Of a stretch of 64,000 nt of DNA, positions 38,821-49,900 are shown piece by piece. Position 1 is the first letter of the stretch. Each line of letters starts with the position of its first letter. Made by a program: the position numbers and the translations under genes. This DNA comes from Eledone cirrhosa (lineage: Eukaryota): positions 92,690,001 through 92,754,000 of the forward strand of contig OZ024745.1 of assembly GCA_964016885.1 (NCBI GenBank), given 5' to 3'. The notes under the pieces were generated by a model that did no database searches, had not been told where the DNA came from, and was given only the letters and a program-made list of their open reading frames with translations.

Positions 38821-40440
38821 CATGGGTTTGATAGGTTGTTACTGTTGGTATGGGTTTGGTGAGTTGTCACAATGCAGGCAAGGGTTTGATGGGTTGTCAC
38901 AGTGTTGGTATGGGTTTGATGGGTTGTCACAGTGTAAGTATGGGTTTGATGGGTTGTCACAGTGTAAGTATGGGTTTGATGGGTTGTCACAGTGTTGGTA
39001 TGGGTTGGATGGGTTGTCACAGTGTTGGTATGGGTTGGATGGGTTGTCACAGTGTTGGTATGGGTTAGATAGGTTGTCACAGTGTAAGTATGGGTTTGAT
39101 GGGTTGTCACAGTGTTGGTATGGGTTGGATGGGTTGTCACAGTGTTGGTATGGGTTAGATAGGTTGTCACAGTGTAAGTATGGGTTGGATGGGTTGTCAC
39201 AGTGTAAGTTTGGGTTGGATAGGTTGTCACAGTGTAAGTATGGATTGGATGGGTTGTCACAGTGTAAGTATGGGTTGGATAGGTTGTGACAGTGTTGGTA
39301 TGGGTTGGATAGGTTGTGACAGTGTTGGTATGGGTTGGATAGGTTGTCACAGTGTTGGTATGGGTTGGATGGGTTGTCACAGTGTTGGTATGGGTTGGAT
39401 GGGTTGTCACAGTGTAAGTATGGGTTGGATGGGTTGTCACAGTGTAAGTATGGGTTTAATAGGTTGTCACAGTGTAAGTATGGGTTTAATAGGTTGTCAC
39501 AGTGTAAGTATGGGTTTAATAGGTTGTGACAGTGTAAGTATGGGTTTAAAAGGTTGTCACAGTGTAAGTATGGGTTTAAAAGGTTGTCACAGTGTAAGTA
39601 TGGGTTGTCACAGTGTTGGTATGGGTTGGATGGGTTGTCACAGTGTTGGTATGGGTTGGATGGGTTGTCACAGTGTAAGTATGGGTTTAATAGGTTGTCA
39701 CAGTGTAAGTATGGGTTTAATAGGTTGTCACAGTGTAAGTATGGGTTTAATAGGTTGTCACAGTGTAAGTATGGGTTTAAAAGGTTGTCACAGTGTAAGT
39801 ATGGGTTGTCACAGGGTTGGTATGGGTTGGATGGGTTGTCACAGTGTAAGTATGGGTTTGATAGGTTGTCACAGTGTTTGTATGGGTTGGATAGGTTGTC
39901 ACAGTGTTGGATAGGTTGTCACAGTGTTGGATAGGTTGTCACAGTGTTGGATAGGTTGTCACAGTGTGGATGGGTTGTCACAGTGTGGATGGGTTGTCAC
40001 AGTGTTGGTATGGGTTTAATAGGTTGTCACAGTGTTGAATAGGTTGTCACAGTGTTGGATTGGTTGTCACAGTGTTGGATTGGTTGTCACAGTGTTGGTA
40101 TGGGTTTAATAGGTTGTCACAGTGTTTGTATGGGTTGGATAGGTTGTCACAGTGTTGGATAGGTTGTCACAGTGTTGGATTGGTTGTCACAATGTTGGAT
40201 TGGTTGTCACAGTGTTGGTATGGGTTTAATAGGTTGTCACAGTGTTTGTATGGGTTGGATAGGTTGTCACAGTGTTGAATTGGTTGTCACAGTGTTGGAT
40301 AGGTTGTCACAGTGTTGGATGGGTTGTCACAGTGTTGGATAGGTTGTCACAGTGTTGGATGGGTTGTCACAGTGTTGGATGGGTTGTCACAGTGTTGGAT
40401 AGGTTGTCAGTGGAGGCATGGGTTGGATAGGTTGTCACAG
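38821..40440. repeat. 30-bp minisatellite (tgggttggatgggttgtcacagtgttggta) switching to a 20-bp unit after about 39.9 kb
   Basis: About 60 units. Begins in a reverse-oriented RTE-type SINE tail (catcattttaggtcagcttttcatgctggcatgggtt). Confidence 0.96.
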
Positions 40441-40646
40441 AACAAGACTAGACTGATCAGAGAACCATGTCTTGCCCTTATTATTCATATTTGGCATGCC
40501 TAGTGCCCCAATTGTTATGGGTGTCATTTTTACTCCCATGTTCTACATTATGTAAAACAAGGTCCTCCATTTGGAAGACTTTGTTTTAACAGTTGTTTTA
40601 GTTTCTTCCAGTAAGTTTTGCTGTTAGTGAAGATTTATTTATTTAA

Positions 40647-40888
40647 CACTTACATTACCATATTTTCTATTGAAAGATACCACCTATGATTTTCAAATAA
40701 ATGAAAATAACTGGAAATTTCAAGGGATTTAGTAATATAAACTAACTTATGATTAAGCTGGTGTTTGGAACATAACTTAAAAAAGGTTCTTACATAAAAT
40801 TGTGAAATAAATAATATAAACACTTCAAAGTAAGCAGTTCTGTATTATAGTACCAGAGTCAGTTTCAGGCAGTTTCATATTAAAAGGG
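40647..40888. mobile_element. piggyBac-like MITE family 2
   Basis: TTAA at both ends; ...attaaaaggg right terminus. Confidence 0.72.
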
Positions 40889-40945
40889 TTAAATTTGTTG
40901 TATAAGTTTATTATTCATATTATCTTTGTATTCTTGATTTGTTTC

Positions 40946-41190
40946 TAACCGGCCATATACAGTCAGAGTTCTCTCAACTCTTTCTGTTTAAATTGTCTGT
41001 AACTGGCCAATCATACTGATGTTGAAGTATTGTTCTCAAAATAAATGCACCTGAGCACTGTACACAATAATTTCATTATTATTATTATTAAAATCTCATA
41101 GATTCGATATTATGTGAGATAATTATGTGAGGTAAAGCCTTTACGGTGAAAATATAACAGCAAATATAGAGTAATGTATATGATAAAGGG
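40946..41190 (+). mobile_element. piggyBac-like MITE family 1 with a roughly 40-bp (ATT)n-tailed insertion
   Basis: Interior interrupted at about 41047-41089 by gcacctgagcactgtacacaataatttc(att)n. Confidence 0.85.
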
Positions 41191-41257
41191 TTAATCTATA
41201 TTCTTAACTTTTTGTAGAATTCAAGTTATTATTATTAGTAGTAGAAGTAGTATTATA

Positions 41258-41480
41258 GGGCGGTGGATTGGTTATATCGGTAGAGCGTCAGACACCATGC
41301 TTTGCAGCATAGAGTTATGGCCCTTTACGTTCTGAGTTCAAATCCTGATGAGATTAGCTTTGCCTTTCATCCTTATGCTGTTGATAAAATTAAGTACCAG
41401 CAATACACTGGAGTCAATTTAATCAACTTTCCCCTCCTAAAAAATTGTTGGCCTTGTGCCTAAACCAGAAACCATTATTA
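41258..41480 (+). mobile_element. SINE-A, long-tail form, full length
   Basis: gggcggtggattgg head, B-box gagttcaaatcc, extra segment gtcaatttaatcaactttcccctcc. Confidence 0.92.
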
Positions 41481-41808
41481 TACCCAAAATTGCTGGTCTT
41501 GTCAGAAACCATTGTTGTTGTTTTTGCCAAAGGTATATCTATCAGACTGCATAGATTCTAATTGCTGTCTTTTGTCAGTATAAATATGTGTATCACTCAG
41601 TATCAGGCATTTTATTGTCACAAACTGGCTTTAAAATAATTTATTTAAAATTTTCATGTGGGAATGTCTGCATATTATAATTTGCAGTACTTGTAGACAT
41701 TCCATTTTCATTTAGAAAAGTATAAGATTCTCGGAAGATAATAGAGGGCACAATTACAATTTTCTTTTAAATCTTATTATTTCATTTTATATTTTTCCCT
41801 CTCTTAAG

Positions 41809-41952
41809 CACTTGATTCTTGAGATGGTATAATGCCGACATTGGTAGTACTAAAGGTGCAGTATTAAGAATGGACATCTTGAAATCTAGTGTACTTCCCA
41901 GCGCCGAAGATGCTTCATCCTCGAGGACGCACCCTAATTTTGACAACCAATG
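41809..41952 (+). other. Candidate exon with ATG at 41870 (MDILKSSVLPSAEDASSSRTHPNFDNQ..)
   Basis: Pyrimidine-rich acceptor ending ttaag, donor TG|gtaggt, CpG-containing unique sequence. The opposite strand is also open for about 79 codons, so the strand is uncertain. Confidence 0.3.
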
Positions 41953-42382
41953 GTAGGTTTTTGAGACGTATTTTATGAAAAAAGTAGCGTCTTTGACACC
42001 AGGAAATACAGTTTCTTTGTTTTACACTTGTTTTCTACCTAGAAACAACACTACCACCCAAAAAAAAAAATACACTGCACATGCCTAAGGTGCACAGAGC
42101 TGTGCTCAATAAAGCAGTAATGACCTGCAATAAAATTAAGACTAATAGTAATAACAATAATAAAAATAAGTGCTGTTAAGGTTGCGGAACAACAGTAAAT
42201 ACCAGATTAAATGAGTTAGAGTATTTAGTTTCATCCCCGTACAACCTAAATACAGATACTTTATCATTCATCCCATTAGAGATGATGAAGTAGGTAAATA
42301 CCAGTTAGTTTGAGAGTAGAATTCAATCAACTATACCTCCTTCTTTACAATAGTGTGGTCTAGGACTTCTGTGAGAAATACA

Positions 42383-42745
42383 TTGGCAATATCAGTAGAG
42401 GGTCGGATGCCATGCTTTGCAGCATGGATTATGGCCCTTTATGATCTGAGTTCATATCCCGCCGAAATTAACTTCGCCTTTCATCCTTACGAGAGTCAAT
42501 AAAATAAAGCACCAGTAACGTACTGGGGTCGTTTTAATTGACTTTCCCCTCCCCCAAATCACTGGCTTTGTGCCTATACTAGAAATTAGTGAATTGGCAG
42601 TATCAGTAGAGGGTTGGACGCCATGCTTTCTAGCATAGTTACGTCCCGTCGAGGTTAGCTTTGCCTTACGGAGTCGATAAAATAAAGTACCAGTAATGCA
42701 CTAGGGTAATTGCTGGCCTTGTTCCAAAAGTAGAAACAATTATTA
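42383..42745 (+). mobile_element. SINE-A dimer (long-tail plus short-tail monomer)
   Basis: Junction gtgcctatactagaaattagtgaattggcag. Confidence 0.88.
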
Positions 42746-43133
42746 TTAGTGTTAATATTATTATTATTACTATTATTATTACTGCTGATAATTTATTTTT
42801 AAGGTATACAATTATAATTAATAGTAGTTCTCTCAACAAACACATAGTTTGGGGTTTACTTGTTACACATAATGGGCAATATTACCTATTAATTCCCCTA
42901 ACAAGTTCCATTTAACTGCAGTTAGGCTGTTTAACAACAGTTTTTTATTATTAATTAATAGTAAAAGGTTGCAAGTGTGGTGTTAAATTTATAGTTTTTC
43001 CATCTCACCAATTTAGCCCACTCTATAATATATACATATTACAACTAACTAGAGGATTCAAAATACATTCTAGTCATATATTTATTTTACTAATATAATT
43101 ATTTGCTTAACAGCCACTGATAACAAAGTGGCT

Positions 43134-43135
<2 letters not shown>

Positions 43136-43174
<39 letters not shown>

Positions 43175-43245
43175 TACATACCTAAAGCTTACATTGATAT
43201 GTCTATATATATATATATATATATATACATATCAATGTAAGCTTT

Positions 43246-43287
<42 letters not shown>

Positions 43288-43299
43288 GTAAGCTTTAGG

Positions 43300-43340
<41 letters not shown>

Positions 43341-43355
43341 ATGTAAGCTTTAGGT

Positions 43356-43423
<68 letters not shown>

Positions 43424-43441
43424 ATGTAAGCTTTAGGTAGG

Positions 43442-43475
<34 letters not shown>

Positions 43476-43533
43476 CATATCAATGTAAGCTTTAGGTATG
43501 TATATATATATATATATATATATCAATGTAAGC
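43136..43533. repeat. Array of tcaatgtaagctttaggta units separated by variable (TA)n; first unit inverted
   Basis: Inverted unit tacctaaagcttacattga at about 43179; direct units at about 43232, 43285, 43338, 43421, 43480 and 43523. Confidence 0.9.
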
Positions 43534-43604
43534 TGAGAGGATTGCAGCATAAATGTACAAATCAAGAACACACCTGGAACATGCCTTCACATTTACTTTT
43601 ATAA

Positions 43605-43875
43605 ACAATAATTATTACTACTACTACTATTACCACCACCAACACCACCACTATTGCCACTACTATTGCCACTATTACTACTGCTGCTGCCACCACTACT
43701 ACTACTGCTGCTGCTGCCACCACTACTACTACTACTGCTGCCACCACTACTACTACTACTGCTGCCGCCACTACTACTACATAAATACTACTTCTGTTGC
43801 CTTCACTAATACTACAACATAAATACTACTACGGTTGCCATCACTACTACTACTGCTACTACTACTACTACTACT
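43605..43875. repeat. (CTA/CCA/CTG)n trinucleotide tract
   Basis: Direct inspection. Confidence 0.9.
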
Positions 43876-44059
43876 TACATAATTCAAAAGTTATCAGGTT
43901 CAATTCCACAGCAAACATGTCACTATATATTTGGGTTAAATTCAATTATATGTATTTCATTTCACCTAGCTATTAAAAATTGGATTATAATCTCCCAGGA
44001 ATGTTACTTGACAAAGTGTGACATTCCATTCAAAGAGGAAAACTTGTCTCATTTATTTA

Positions 44060-44856
44060 AATCAACCTTAGTATGTTACTGGTATTTTATTTATCGACCC
44101 CATAAGGATGAATGGCAAAGCTAATCTCGACGGGATTTTAACTCAGAACGCAAAGGGCCGAAACTATGCCGCAAAGCACGGTGTCCGACCCTCTACCGAT
44201 ACTGCCAATCCACCGCCCTCCGATACTGCTAATAATAATAATAATAATTGTTTCTACTTTTGGCACAAGGCCAGCAATTACCCAGTGCATTACTGGTACT
44301 TTATTTTATTGACCCTGTAAGGATGAAAGGCAAAGTTAACCTATAATAATAATAATGGTTTCTTATATAGGCACAAGGCCAGCAATTTTGGGAAAGGGGG
44401 AGGTTGATTAAATCGACCCCAGTGCGTGACTGGTTCTTTATTTTATCGACCCCGTAAGGATAAAAAGCAAAGTTAACCTCGGTGGGGTTTGAACGCAGAC
44501 CATAAAGGGCTGTAACTCTTTGCTGCAAAGCATGGCGTCCAACGCTCTACCGATACTGCCAAATAATAATAATTGTTTCTACTTTTGGCACAAGGCCAGT
44601 AATTACCCAGTGCATTACTGGTACTTTATTTTATCGACCCCGTAAGGATGAAAGGCAAAGTCAACCTCGAATAATAATAATTGTTTCTACGTTTGGCACA
44701 GGGTCAGCAATTATCCCAGTGTATTACTGGTACTTTATTTTATCGACCCTGTAAGGATGAAAGGCAAAGTTAACTTTGGCGGGATTTGAACTCAGATCAT
44801 AAAAGGAGGTAACTATGCTTCAAAGCATGGTGTCCGACCCTCTACCGATACTGCCA
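44060..44856 (-). mobile_element. Stack of five SINE-A copies separated by (AAT)n
   Basis: Copies at about 44060-44218, 44245-44341, 44355-44561, 44570-44669 and 44679-44856. Confidence 0.92.
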
Positions 44857-44965
44857 AAATAATAATAATAATAATAATAAATTTAAGCAAAAGAAATTAT
44901 ACAGTGTGTTCTATTAGTGAGCCTAGAGGGGAAGGACATTTATGTTTCAGACTGAAAATTACCTA

Positions 44966-45097
44966 AAATGTTAGGGTTTTCCCCATCTCCCTGGGGGATA
45001 TTGACATATAAACATGTTAGGCTTTCCCTTCTCCCTGGGGCATACTGACATATAAACATGTTAGGTTTCCCCTTCTCCCTGAGGCATACTGACATAA
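44966..45097. repeat. Three copies of a roughly 43-bp unit (atgttagg.tttccc.tctccctggggcatactgacatataaac)
   Basis: Direct inspection. Confidence 0.85.
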
Positions 45098-45955
45098 AAA
45101 GGTTGTGTTTTTAATTTACTTTACTTTATTGAGTTGACTCTTATCCAACATAGACCTATTCAAAGTCTCTTGGAATTTGAAAGATATTATTTTAACTGTT
45201 GTTGTAGTAATTACTGTAGTTCTTATTTCATCAGATTGAAATATAAAAAAAATATTTGATAAAAAGTCGAACTTGAAGCATGATTATCACAAAAAAAGGA
45301 AACGTATTTAGGTTGAAGTCTTTGAAAGAAAATTGGAAACAAGAAAGAGAGAAGAAATGGAAAAATTTGTTCAATCATGCATTTGAAATATAAACCTATT
45401 TTAAATATAATTCTAAAGAAATACAATAATATAAAAGGAATTGCATAAGCTGCTAGTTGAAGGGAAATAGCTCAATGAAGGTATTAAAATATCAACAGTT
45501 TCTTAGTTTATGTAATGAATGATTGAATATATAAAGAAATATGAAACCTGTAGTGAGTTTATTTGTTAGGGATTGATGATTTGTTTCCTGTTACTAGTGC
45601 AGTATTGTCTCAGCATAAATTTAACTATCAGTGGCTTATCTGTAAATAAGTATGATGCAGTAATGGAGTTCACAATTGCTGGAAACTGACTGGAAGGTTC
45701 CATTTATTTTATGAGTGTTTTGTAAATATGTAGAACTGATTTCAAATCATTCTGTAGGCAACTAAAGAGATTAGGAGTACCAATATTTATAATTTTATGG
45801 AAAATATACCAAAAAACAGCACACCTATTATTTCACTCAGTAGTAAGCAGGAAGTTAATAAAATAACTTTTTACTGATCAAGTTGATGTTTGGAACATAA
45901 CTTGACAAAAAGTTCTCACATAAAATTATGATGGATTGTTTCAAGTTCACTTGAA

Positions 45956-46163
45956 CCCTTTAGCATATACATTACTCTATATTTACTATTATATTTTCAT
46001 GGTAAATGCTTTATTTCACATAATATAGAATCTATGACATTTTGATGATATCTATTTTGAGGACAATACCTTAACATCAGTATGAGCGGCCAGTTACATT
46101 TGGTTTGAAGAGAAAGAGGTGAGAAAATTCTGCCCAGTTATGGCCGGTTTAAATGCTAAAGGG
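45956..46163 (-). mobile_element. piggyBac-like MITE family 1 nested in a family-2 MITE (about 45770-46227)
   Basis: TIRs present; family-2 sequence resumes on both sides. Confidence 0.88.
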
Positions 46164-46398
46164 TTAAAATGGAAAGTTTTGAATCACAGAACTAGGGACA
46201 GTTTCAGATGGGTTTGTATCAAAAAGGTTAAATGTATCAAAGCTTGTCCTGACCTCTTTCACATTATACCTACATGAGTGGCTTAACTGAACACTGAAAG
46301 CTAAGCAAATATTTTCCAAATTTCCAGTACTACTTCTTATAGCAGTGGGTTATTTCTACTTTGTAGTATCTATTACAGATGGGTCATAGTACATTTAA

Positions 46399-46646
46399 CC
46401 CTTTTGATATCAACCTACCTGAAACCAGCCCTGGTTTTAGGGTACAAAACTTCTTTTAAATTGTTCATACTTATATTAAAACTTTTCATAATAATTTAGT
46501 GTAAGAAAATTTTTAAAGTAATGCTCTGAACACCATTTTAACAAAAAAGTATGTTATGCTACTAAATTCCACAAAATTCTTTATTATTTTCAAAATTAAT
46601 TGAAACATAAGTAGTTACTTTTGTTAGAAATATAGTAAATAAGGGG
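46399..46646. mobile_element. piggyBac-like MITE family 2
   Basis: TTAA-cccttttgatatc ... aagggg-TTAA. Confidence 0.78.
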
Positions 46647-47336
46647 TTAAGTGTTTTTGGCTAGAGACACAATGGTAAGATGATGTCAGGTTCTTGAGCT
46701 GCTCAACTTTCAATTCATTTGCAGCCAAATTCTCAAGTATTTGCTCCAGAACCCTGCTTTCACATTCATTACTTTTTTTTTCTTACAAACATTGTCCTGT
46801 ATATATCCAAGGTAGGAATAAGCCTGCAAATGCCATGAGCTCTACCCTACCCACCTTTCCCTGACTAACATATAAACAAAACTTTAAAAAAAATAGAGTT
46901 GAACAGTTTGTACAAAATTAAAATTATCTTCCTAATTATTCAGGTTTACCATAATCCAAGAGAACGAGTTAAGTATGTTTCTTCTAACAAACCACTACTG
47001 ATATATACACAGAAGTTTCTAGAACAAATAAAATAATTTGATATGAACATTCTCAGTGGAAGGTGTGGTAAAGAAAAACTATGTAGAAAACAAAAACAAC
47101 GCAAAAAAAAATTACACTGATTAAAGGTGAACTTCAACTGGGAAATTCTTTTATATACTAATATTAGCTGGAGGCTTTTCTTTTTGAAATACAAATTTGG
47201 AAATTTATACATTTATTAGTGAAGTTATCTTTACAGTGAGATAGAGTTTTTATCACTACTAAACTATAAAATAACAGATGAATCTTATGAACAAGACAAA
47301 GTTGAAGAAAGCAAAATAGCAAAGTTATGTACTTTG

Positions 47337-47735
47337 CCTGGGGGACATAGGAGGTGCCTGGGTCACAAGAGGGTAACTAGATGTAATTGTAAGATTTGGG
47401 GACATAGGTGTCTGGGTCATAAGAGAATAACTAGATGTAATTGTAAGATTTGGGAACATAGGTGTCTGGGTCATAAGAGAATAACTAGATGTAATTGTAA
47501 GATTTGGGAACATAGGTGTCTGGGTCATAAGAGAATAACTAGATGTAATTCTAAGATTTCGGGACATAGGAGGTGCCTGGGTCGTAAGAGGGTAACTGGA
47601 TGTAATTGTAAGATTTGGGGTCATAGGAGATGTCCAGGTCATAAGAGAATAACTAGATGTAATTGTAAGATTTGGGACATGAGGGGGGGGGTGTCTGGGT
47701 CGCAAGAGAATAACTCGATTTAATTGTAAGATTTG
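47337..47735. repeat. 54/57-bp minisatellite, about 7 units
   Basis: Unit gggacataggtgtctgggtcataagagaataactagatgtaattgtaagattt; period 54 between 47402, 47456 and 47510. Confidence 0.93.
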
Positions 47736-48140
47736 AACTTGTGACCATGTAGTCCATAATCAAGCACCTTGACTTTATACAAGCTAATGTACCCTCAGGA
47801 GAAAAACTAGAAAACATTTTGTTGCCAATCTTGAAAGAAGTTTGCTAATTGGGTGAATATCATCCGATAACACATGAAGTTACATGAAATTTACTGACGT
47901 CAATAAGTCAAGAAGTCACACGTATAAGATTAGCATTCTTTTCTTTACTAAACTGTACTGATTTACATCAACATCAGCATCATTATCATTAAAATAATCA
48001 GGAGCCAACAATGATTTTCCCACATGCTGCTGACAAAATACAGATTCCTAAGAATATGATAACATAATGGAGAAAAACAAAAATAATGAGACAAAAGAGA
48101 GAAAAGAAGAACTAAAAAAAGGTCGAAGGAAGAATTTTAA

Positions 48141-48368
48141 CCCATTTGATAGAAAACAACTTGAAACTGACATTGGTTCTATGATACTAAGCTGTGTGTT
48201 GTTTATATTTATCTAAAAACCTTCATCATAAGTTATGTTACAAACATTAGCTAAATGAGAAAGTTATACTGCTGAATCTCTCCAAATACTTGATAATTTT
48301 TGGAAAACAATAGGCAGTGTCTTTCATTAGAAATATAGCAATGAAAGGAAGGACTAAATAAAAAAAAA
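48141..48368. mobile_element. piggyBac-like MITE family 2 abutting the RTE LINE
   Basis: TTAA-ccc start; interior homologous to 46399-46646. Confidence 0.65.
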
Positions 48369-48372
48369 TTAA

Positions 48373-49900
48373 ACCTTCTGAACTTTTTCCTGGGTACAAA
48401 ACCAAACTGCATCTCATCAAGATTAATTCTGTCCCTAATTAATTTTACAATAATTATTTCTGTGACTTTCATAACCTGATCTAACAATTTGATGTTACAA
48501 TAATTTCCTCTCTCTAGTGCATCTTCTTTGTCCTTGTAGCAGTTGAGAATGATCTGCTACACCAGTCATTGGGTATGAATCCGTAAGGATAAGTGAGCCA
48601 CTGTCATTCCACATAAGCTTCTCTCCAACATTTCAGTTCTCCGAAGTACACTGTCTTGTAATCTGGAAACACTCTACACCCCTGATTCTCACATTGCAGA
48701 ACATAGGAGAACCTCTTACTTTCCACTTCCTCTCTTGTTACATAAACCTGATGATTAATTTCTTTTCTTGTTACCTCCAGTCTTTCCAATACAGTTCCAT
48801 TCCACCACAACACCCTTCATCTGCTGGAAACCTTTACCCTAACCACTGAACTCATTTGTGGTTTTCAGGGTGTCATGAAGGAGTTTCCAGTATTTCTCTA
48901 CATTATAGGATTCTCTTTCATCACTGTTTCTTGCATTGGGCTTCAACTAGAATGTCGCTAAACCTACAGATACTTCATGAATCTTTAACTTTCCATATTC
49001 TTCTTCTCTAGACTGTCTTAGATTTGTCCAGATACATTGTGCCCATACTCTGAAGTTGCTAATCTCCTGTTTATGCAGGGTGGTGCATTCTTCACCAGAG
49101 AAGGACTTGGCATTTGTCACCAACTGCCTACCTCATTTTCTGATGAGGAAAGAGTCAATTCGTAGGTCATCAAGTGGTGGGTTGATTTCCTGAAGTTGGG
49201 GTTGCAAATAGTCAAGCAATTTGCATCAGAGAACTCCAGGAGCTTTGACTGCAAGCTCAAAGCCTCCATGATCCCATGATATCCATCCTGCTGCTGTTCA
49301 ACATAACCATTGAAGTCTCCAACCATGATAGTGAGGTCAAAGACATGTGTCGTTGAAGTAGTCTGAAAGAGGACCTTCTAGAAATTATACTTCTGATCAT
49401 CAGCAAGACCTGCTTGTGCTGCATATACAGAAATGATAGTCACCCTAGTTTAAGCTTAATTATTCTGTTGCTCACCTTATCCCTTTACTATTTACTATTG
49501 TATTTTCACAGTAAAGGCTTTATCTCACATAATATCAATGCTATGAGATTTTCATATCATTTATTTTGAGAAAAGTACCTTAATATCGCAGTCGGTTATG
49601 GCTGGTTTGAACAGAAAGAAGTGAGAGAATTCTGGCCGGAGACGGCCACTTTAAATGCTAAAGGATTAACTAACTAAATTACTTTATCAAGCCATTTCTC
49701 TGCAAGTAGTATACCTACCCCCACCTAACCTGTTGGAGAACAGAAGAACTTGTACCCATGTTTCTTGCCTGTGAGGAGTCTGGTAATGACTCTTCATCTT
49801 ACATAAAAAAACATGTCTCCTCTTCAACATCTCTACAATTTGTTCATACATTCTTTTCAAAATGCCAACATTATTTGTTGCAGTTTGGAACTTTTGGACC
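48373..49900 (-). mobile_element. RTE-clade LINE remnant: APE endonuclease plus start of RT
   Basis: ATNNVGILK...IVEMLKRRHV (endonuclease start), VGDFNGYV, LLEFSDANCLTICN and LLDQVMKVTE...INLDEMQFGFVP (RT start). Many stops and frameshifts. Interrupted by a MITE. Confidence 0.92.
49481..49664 (-). mobile_element. piggyBac-like MITE family 1 inserted in the RTE LINE
   Basis: Reverse copy ending taaatgctaaagga-TTAA. Confidence 0.85.

Noticed and set aside
38663-40503. Gly/Tyr/Cys-rich repeat proteins ([19 protein letters not shown]) suggesting structural or reflectin-like proteins
   Set aside because: Translations of a 30/20-bp minisatellite with sporadic stops and frame-breaking units; no reflectin motif.
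43136-43533. CRISPR-like repeat-spacer pattern
   Set aside because: Spacers are only (TA)n microsatellite of varying length.
46950-47018. Minus-strand 69-nt exon-like segment (NFCVYISSGLLEETYLTRSLGLW), faintly like TMEM189/PEDS1
   Set aside because: Open only in phase 2, so incompatible with the phase-1 chain. Weak donor, no other exons of that gene found, and similarity too low.
47325-47723. Repeat ORFs of 126 and 129 aa on both strands
   Set aside because: A consequence of 54/57-bp units being multiples of three.
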